IMG/VR virus record: IMGVR_UViG_3300046817_000857
Coordinates: 1-50,966 of that record
DNA: 50,966 nucleotides
Strand: one strand, 5' to 3'
Source of the DNA: a virus
Lineage: Duplodnaviria > Caudoviricetes
Shown here: positions 45,775 to 50,966 of the stretch, one piece after another
Numbering within the stretch: position 1 is the stretch's first letter
Layout: each line of letters begins with the position of its first letter
Notes under the pieces: model-generated
Databases searched by the model: none
What the model saw: only the letters and a program-made list of their open reading frames with translations
What the model was told of the DNA's origin: nothing
Position numbers and translations under genes: made by a program

Positions 45775-45963
45775 ATCGTTAAGTGGAGTCATGACCACTT
45801 AATCTTGCGGCCGGTTGCATTCTATATCAAGGCATTAGAAGACGGCCTATGTTCTTCTAGCACGATCTAGCACTTCTAAAGCTAGCTGCTGATCTGGGAA
45901 TGTCCTGGGTATGACGTAAAACTGCCCAATTCCCTGTAGTAGGGCAACGTAAGGAGAACTGTT

Positions 45964-46776
45964 ATGTATATACATTCGGAACTTAGGATGGATGATTGGG
46001 AGCGCGATCATCCCGAATGGGCTAAGATCAGCGATCTAAAAGTCGGTGACATCGTTGATCTTCACGGCTTTGACTGCGCAAGTGGGCCGGTCACGCTCGA
46101 ATACGATGAGTACCATGGGGAGTTATACTTCCCTTGTTCCAAGGGCAAGCATTTCGTCTCTGGCCAACTTGATGCTGATGGGTATCTTGTTGGTATCACC
46201 ATCCGCCCAGCCGACACTATCATTCCTACCACTCAGGAAACCATTCCTACCACAACCCAGGAGTCTCCTTCCATGTCTTTCAACGCCGACGACGCCACCT
46301 CCGTGTCCAAGTTCTTCCAAGGTCTTGCGGACAGCGTGATCCAGGCCTCCACCCTTGCGAAGGAGGTGGAGGAACTTCGCAGCGTGGTTGAGCAGCTGAA
46401 GCACGATGTTGAGGTTTATCGTGAGACTACCGCGAGGCTGGATGAGGAAGTCCAGCGGCTGCGTACTGAGCGCCAGGCCCTCCAGGATGAGAACGCCCAA
46501 CTCCGAGCTGACCTCGATAAGGAGCGCAGCGATCACGGCACAACGGCCAATCTCCACAGCATCGCGGTTGCCACGGGAGATAATTGGCATAATCAATTCA
46601 TCGCCACGGCTCAGACCCTCGATACCACCAAGAGGGAGCGTGACGATGCACAGATGAAAATCATGGAACTGGAGGACGCCCTTCGGAATATGTCGGAAGC
46701 TAGGGATCATTGGTTCCAGACCGCCAATGATGTTCAATCGAAGTTGAATTCAGTTAAGGTTGCCATCGCAGCCTGA
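45964..46776 (+). CDS. Two-part protein: small N-terminal Cys/His domain plus long coiled coil (possible internal start at 46273)
   Basis: AAGGAG SD; heptad-rich C-terminal half; internal CAGGAG SD before MSFNADD. Confidence 0.7.
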   Translation: MYIHSELRMDDWERDHPEWAKISDLKVGDIVDLHGFDCASGPVTLEYDEYHGELYFPCSKGKHFVSGQLDADGYLVGITIRPADTIIPTTQETIPTTTQESPSMSFNADDATSVSKFFQGLADSVIQASTLAKEVEELRSVVEQLKHDVEVYRETTARLDEEVQRLRTERQALQDENAQLRADLDKERSDHGTTANLHSIAVATGDNWHNQFIATAQTLDTTKRERDDAQMKIMELEDALRNMSEARDHWFQTANDVQSKLNSVKVAIAA

Positions 46777-46787
46777 TCGAATAATCC

Positions 46788-46816
46788 GGGGAGGGCAGAA
46801 ATGCTCTCCCCCTTTC
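46788..46816 (+). terminator. Rho-independent terminator
   Basis: ggggagggca-gaaa-tgctctcccc followed by ctttc. Confidence 0.7.
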
Positions 46817-46831
46817 ATTATGGAGGACACA

Positions 46832-46978
46832 ATGTCTAAGCCACGCAAGCCCATAGCTTTCCTCCCACCCTCTCCGCCTGATAACGAGACGGAAGGAGAC
46901 CGCCTATTGCGAGCGATCTTGGAAACCATGAAAGATATCCGCGCCATACTCCTACGCAATGAGGGGATGGCGAGATGA
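46832..46978 (+). CDS. Small hypothetical protein
   Basis: GGAGG SD. Confidence 0.6.
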   Translation: MSKPRKPIAFLPPSPPDNETEGDRLLRAILETMKDIRAILLRNEGMAR

Positions 46979-47025
46979 TCCATCCCGACTAGGCCATATC
47001 AGCTGGACTAGGTAAGGGATTGTTC

Positions 47026-47054
47026 TTGACTTTCAGGGCTTGGCCTGCTACAAT
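47026..47054 (+). promoter_or_regulatory. Sigma70-type promoter for the replication operon
   Basis: TTGACT-N17-TACAAT. Confidence 0.7.
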
Positions 47055-47076
47055 GGTACCTAGAATGGAGGAGGGC

Positions 47077-47265
47077 ATGTCTTTGACCACTTGGCGCAAG
47101 CTTGAAGCTGAAATCATCTCCATCCTCCGGGAGAATAACTTCACCATCATCCGCAATGCTGACAGCGGGGACACGCTCATTGAGCTTGATCACGATTACC
47201 GCGTGACCTTTTCACTAACAACCTTCGCTAAGGAACTTGCCCAGCGATTGGAGAGCGGATCATGA
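47077..47265 (+). CDS. Hypothetical protein
   Basis: GGAGGAGG SD. Confidence 0.65.
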   Translation: MSLTTWRKLEAEIISILRENNFTIIRNADSGDTLIELDHDYRVTFSLTTFAKELAQRLESGS

Positions 47266-47290
47266 CCCCCAATGAACAAAGGCTCACACC

Positions 47291-47578
47291 ATGGTAGCCC
47301 CAACCTTCGCAAACTCCCCCTCCTACTCCTGCCGAATCTGGCATGATCGAGGGGCGATCTATGTCGAACTCGCATCGGGCCTCATCACGAAGTTTGACAA
47401 AACCGAAGGTGCCTTGTCCAAAGTCCTTAAGCTCCTTGATCGCGAATCCCGCAATCAACCCACCAACGGCCGCTCACGGGCAACCTTCCCTATGGAGCCC
47501 AAACGAGTGAAGCCAGAGGTATCGGCTGAGTCAAAGTCCAAGGCCCTGGAAATCTTACGCAGGAAGGGAATCCTCTGA
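47291..47578 (+). CDS. Hypothetical protein
   Basis: Operon packing; TGATG overlap with the next gene. Confidence 0.7.
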   Translation: MVAPTFANSPSYSCRIWHDRGAIYVELASGLITKFDKTEGALSKVLKLLDRESRNQPTNGRSRATFPMEPKRVKPEVSAESKSKALEILRRKGIL

Positions 47579-47820
47579 TGACCAACCGTCTCCCCTATGA
47601 AACCATCGGCGGAGCCATCTCCGAGGCCGATACATTCGCCCAGCTTCTTGAGCACCTTCGCATGGCTGAGGAGGCTGCCTATATGATCGGGCACCTCAAT
47701 AAATCCAATGACCAACCCATCCGTGGGCAGGGCTTCCTTGCCATTGGCGAGATGTTGAAGCTAACTCAAATCAACGTCACCAAACTCGCAACTGCCTCAG
47801 TGCGGAACCTTCGGCAATGA
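47578..47820 (+). CDS. Hypothetical protein
   Basis: Operon packing. Confidence 0.7.
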   Translation: MTNRLPYETIGGAISEADTFAQLLEHLRMAEEAAYMIGHLNKSNDQPIRGQGFLAIGEMLKLTQINVTKLATASVRNLRQ

Positions 47821-47981
47821 GTGATGATAGCAAGCAACTGAAGACCGAGATCGAACGGCTTCGCGCGGTGCTCAAGGATGGGTGGTCAACATTGGCGCTA
47901 TTTAACGTCAAGAACTACCACCATACTTTGGTAACCCTACAGGCGCAGTTATTCACGGCCCTGGAGCAGAAATACCTATGA
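47817..47981 (+). CDS. Small hypothetical protein (54 aa, MSDDSKQLKTEIERLRAVL...)
   Basis: ATGA overlaps at both ends. Not in the ORF track. Confidence 0.6.
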   Translation: MSDDSKQLKTEIERLRAVLKDGWSTLALFNVKNYHHTLVTLQAQLFTALEQKYL

Positions 47982-48280
47982 CCCTCGAAGCCCTCATCCT
48001 CTCCCTGAACTCCACCGGTTGGCTGGTTGGCTCACTTTGCCAACTCGCCCCAGGGGATTGGTATGTCTGTATGATTGACGATGAAGGCTTTGCCCATACC
48101 GCCACGGCCGAGGATCCCTGCGAGGCAATCCTAGCTGCCGTTGAGCGCCCACCGATGGGCCGGGTCTACTCCCATACTCTCGGCCTCCTTGAGGACAGCA
48201 AGGGCACCCCCGTGGATAAGATCGACCTCGTTGCCCTTGGACTGAAGGTCCAACGTGAGCCAATCAAGAGGAGGTTCTGA
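47978..48280 (+). CDS. Hypothetical protein
   Basis: GGAG SD; ends PIKRRF. Confidence 0.7.
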   Translation: MTLEALILSLNSTGWLVGSLCQLAPGDWYVCMIDDEGFAHTATAEDPCEAILAAVERPPMGRVYSHTLGLLEDSKGTPVDKIDLVALGLKVQREPIKRRF

Positions 48281-48281
48281 A

Positions 48282-49715
48282 TTGCTCTCCCCATCCACAC
48301 GCCTAGCCCCTACCGAGGAACAGGCTGCTATACTTGATTCCGCTCGCGCTGAGGGCAACCTTCAAATCAACGCCCTCGCTGGCACCGGCAAGACCGCCAC
48401 GCTCAAGATGATCGATGGTGTCCTCGGCCGCAAATCCAACATCCTCTACCTTGTATTCAACAAACGCAACGCCGATGAGGCCATCGACTCCGGTGAGTTC
48501 TCCTCCACAACCAAGATCAAAACCCTCAACGGATGTGGGCATGGGATTTGGCAAGCCGCCCAAGGTCACCTTACCCTCAACCCAAAGAAAACCATGGAGC
48601 ATTTCCGTGAGCACATCTCCTCCTGGTCCAAACCGGATCAATCCGATGCGTGGGCGGAATTATCTATGGTTCGACAAGGAATTGAACTCGCCAAAGCCTT
48701 GGGTTATATCCCTGATGGCAAGTATCCCAATGCTAATCGCCTATGTGATTGGGATGCTCTGGCCCTTGCTCTCGATGAGCCTCCTTCCCCATTAGCCAAG
48801 GACTTAATCGATGCCCTCCTCATTCTCTCTATCAAAACCGCCTACCGAGGGTATATTGACTATAACGATCAAATATACATGCCCGCGTTGTTTGGAGGAA
48901 CATTCCCTAGATTTCCATGCGTCATGGTTGACGAGGCTCAGGACCTTTCTCCCGTTAACCATGCGATGCTCGACAAACTTGCCAGGGGCCGGCTCATCTC
49001 TGTTGGTGACCCTTGGCAGTCTATTTACGGCTTTCGCGGTGCACGGCAAGAGGGAATGCATTATCTTTGTGAGAGATTTGCCATGTCAGTATCAGACCTT
49101 TCCATCTCCTTCCGCTGCCCCGAAGCCGTAGTCCGCTCAGTCCATTGGCGAGTCCCGCATTTCAAATGGTCCAAACCCGGAGGCTTTGTTGGAGAGCTTA
49201 AAAACCCCACCCTCGGAGGAATCCTTGACAACTCCGCGATTATCTGCCGCAACAACGCGCCGCTATTCCGCCTGGCCCTACGCTTGCTTGGCGCTGGCCG
49301 CAGCGTTCGTGTGCATGGTTCTGATATGGGGCCAAAAGTGGCCGGGATTATGCGAAAGCTGGGACCGGAGGACATGTCTCAAGACTCCACCCTCTCCGCG
49401 ATAGAGGATTGGGAAGGGGAGCGGCTGGAGGCTGGGAGCAAAACCTCCAAGGACATCGCGGACTGTATGCGGGTCTTTGCCCACTACGGGCCGACGTTGA
49501 AGCACGCCCTGGCCTACATCGAGCATCTCTTCGAACAAAAGGGCGCGATCGACCTCCTTACCGGGCACAAGGCGAAGGGCCTGGAATGGGATCGGGTCTA
49601 TTTCCTCGATGAATGGATGATCGGCCCGGAGGAGCAGGAGATGAACCTTCGATATGTAATCATGACCCGTGCGAAAAACGAACTTTTCCTCATCAACTCA
49701 AGGGACATTCGATGA
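48282..49715 (+). CDS. SF1 UvrD/Rep-like helicase
   Basis: ALAGTGKT, VDEAQD, VGDPWQSIYGFRGA, SFRC, TGHKAKGLEW, YVIMTRAK. TTG start after AGGAGG. Confidence 0.92.
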   Translation: MLSPSTRLAPTEEQAAILDSARAEGNLQINALAGTGKTATLKMIDGVLGRKSNILYLVFNKRNADEAIDSGEFSSTTKIKTLNGCGHGIWQAAQGHLTLNPKKTMEHFREHISSWSKPDQSDAWAELSMVRQGIELAKALGYIPDGKYPNANRLCDWDALALALDEPPSPLAKDLIDALLILSIKTAYRGYIDYNDQIYMPALFGGTFPRFPCVMVDEAQDLSPVNHAMLDKLARGRLISVGDPWQSIYGFRGARQEGMHYLCERFAMSVSDLSISFRCPEAVVRSVHWRVPHFKWSKPGGFVGELKNPTLGGILDNSAIICRNNAPLFRLALRLLGAGRSVRVHGSDMGPKVAGIMRKLGPEDMSQDSTLSAIEDWEGERLEAGSKTSKDIADCMRVFAHYGPTLKHALAYIEHLFEQKGAIDLLTGHKAKGLEWDRVYFLDEWMIGPEEQEMNLRYVIMTRAKNELFLINSRDIR

Positions 49716-50047
49716 CAGCCCCCACCACTCGGCTCTCTTATGGCGACGCCTACGATGCCCTTGATCGGGCGAAGGATGACCTTAAGGGAATCCGAATTAA
49801 GTTCTCCGACTACGCTGCGGCGTGCACCTTCCGCTCGAGGTTGCACTATGCACGCACCGTGGATCGGAGGGATAACACTCAGATCTACGATGAAGGGGAC
49901 CCTCTTTACGGCCGCTCAGTCTACGACCCCCTCGTTGTGCGAATCAAAGAAGACACCGAGGGTGCGTGGTGGGTCTACGTCGAACACGCCTCGATCGACT
50001 CCATGATCGTTGAAAGCCTCTCCGAACTTGATGACGCTGCGGAATAG
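49712..50047 (+). CDS. Hypothetical protein
   Basis: AAGGGA SD; ATGA overlap with the helicase stop. Confidence 0.75.
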   Translation: MTAPTTRLSYGDAYDALDRAKDDLKGIRIKFSDYAAACTFRSRLHYARTVDRRDNTQIYDEGDPLYGRSVYDPLVVRIKEDTEGAWWVYVEHASIDSMIVESLSELDDAAE

Positions 50048-50106
50048 TGCCGAAACGGCTCCTTAGCCGTCCGAGAAGGAATGACTCCCTCTCGCTGATG
50101 ATGGCA
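50048..50106 (+). ncRNA. Hammerhead ribozyme, type II
   Basis: ugcc-GAAA-cggcu(ccuu)agccg-UC^-cgaga...ucucg-CUGAUGA-U-ggca. The complete catalytic core and all three stems are present; GUC cleavage triplet. Confidence 0.85.
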
Positions 50107-50217
50107 GGTCCATTGGTTCCGTAGAAGGACTGTTCAACCGTATCCGCGGTTATGTTCACCCTGACACCCCAGGGGTAGGCCCAACCATCCCGCCCCTGGG
50201 GGCTTAAAGGAGGACCA

Positions 50218-50436
50218 ATGAACGACCTAAACGAAGTCATGCGCCGCCTCGCCGAGGGCATCCCACCCTCCCCACCGGAGATTGAAATCATCGTGGCTGA
50301 TATCCGTCGGCAGCGTGCGATCTACGAATCCGGTGGGAAGAAGGCCCGCTCAATCGATGACGATGCCCTCGCGGATGTGATGAAGGTGATCAAAGGGGCA
50401 CAGCCACCGAAGGCACCGCTAAAGAGGAGGTTCTAA
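50218..50436 (+). CDS. Hypothetical protein (full-length copy)
   Basis: AGGAGG SD; ends PLKRRF. Confidence 0.8.
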   Translation: MNDLNEVMRRLAEGIPPSPPEIEIIVADIRRQRAIYESGGKKARSIDDDALADVMKVIKGAQPPKAPLKRRF

Positions 50437-50966
50437 TGCCCCGAGCTAGCATCACTTATCGTGCAGCACGTCGTAACCTTCACAAAAAGGAACACCTTAT
50501 ATGGACCCCGCAGTCACACTACCAGCACCAGAAAGCGAAAGCGCCCCCTCCCCATTCCTTCCAGGCACCAACATCCAATTCGCCCTCGATTCGACGAGTA
50601 TAGGATATTTCAAAACCTGCCCGAGGCTCTATTACTACATCATGATCGAGGGCTGGCAGTCGAAGGACGAATCGGTGCATCTCAAATTCGGGATTCTTTA
50701 TCATGCGGCGTTACACAACTATGACATCCTTCGACTCGAAAACCATGACCATGAAGAAGCTGTTTTTCAAGTCGTCCGGTGGCTTTGTGACAACCGTGAG
50801 GACTATCCGGATGTTTCAGAGGCCAAACCTTCCATACGTGCCAAGTCTTTTGAGTCACTTCTTCGGACAGTTGTCTGGTACTTGGATAAGTATCCCCGTG
50901 AAACAGATCCGGCGGAGACGGTAGTGTTGGAGAATGGGAAGCCGGCTTGTGAGCTTAGCTTCCGGC
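50235..50966. repeat. Terminal direct repeat, copy 2 (divergent allele of 1-732; includes the 5' part of the nuclease gene)
   Basis: Colinear with 1-732; nuclease N-terminus MDPAVTLPAP versus MDPELTLPPP. Confidence 0.95.

Noticed and set aside
50235-50966. Diversity-generating retroelement TR/VR pair (suggested by the BPP-1-like morphogenesis genes and an imperfect repeat)
   Set aside because: Mismatches are not adenine-specific (g/t, t/c, g/a, t/a all occur) and are mostly synonymous; no reverse transcriptase is present.
1-50966. Prophage/temperate module, tRNA genes, DNA-modification genes
   Set aside because: No integrase, repressor, ParA, tRNA cloverleaf, methyltransferase or PurZ/queuosine-pathway motifs were recognised by eye; divergent versions cannot be excluded.

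Overview
The window is an apparently complete, circularly permuted dsDNA phage genome. The unit length is about 50,234 bp, and bases 1-732 recur imperfectly at 50235-50966. The morphogenesis module on the minus strand (about 6985-42919) is podovirus-like and resembles BPP-1/epsilon15: TerS, TerL, portal, scaffold, major capsid, cement protein, tail adaptor and nozzle, ejection proteins and lysis genes. The plus strand (about 43200 round to 7004) carries early and replication genes: UvrD-like helicase, Cas4-like nuclease, Sak4-like ATPase, SSB, a split UDG-exonuclease/PolA and a DUF3987-like NTPase. Host-like small genes suggest an alphaproteobacterial (Bradyrhizobium-like) host, which is an inference. 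I recognised no integrase, repressor, primase or RNA polymerase. The most striking feature is a block of seven consecutive genes (26085-35052), plus an eighth at 23324-23875, inside the late operon right behind the capsid genes. All encode Sec-signal-peptide proteins, most are Cys-paired, several are glycan-active, and one has a VPLPA/PEP-CTERM exosortase sorting tail. Other notable items are a type II hammerhead ribozyme, a PolA split inside its exonuclease domain with His at the 762-equivalent position, an inverted iteron/A19 origin-like locus and twin structured hairpins. All family assignments come from motif recognition by eye; no database searches were run.
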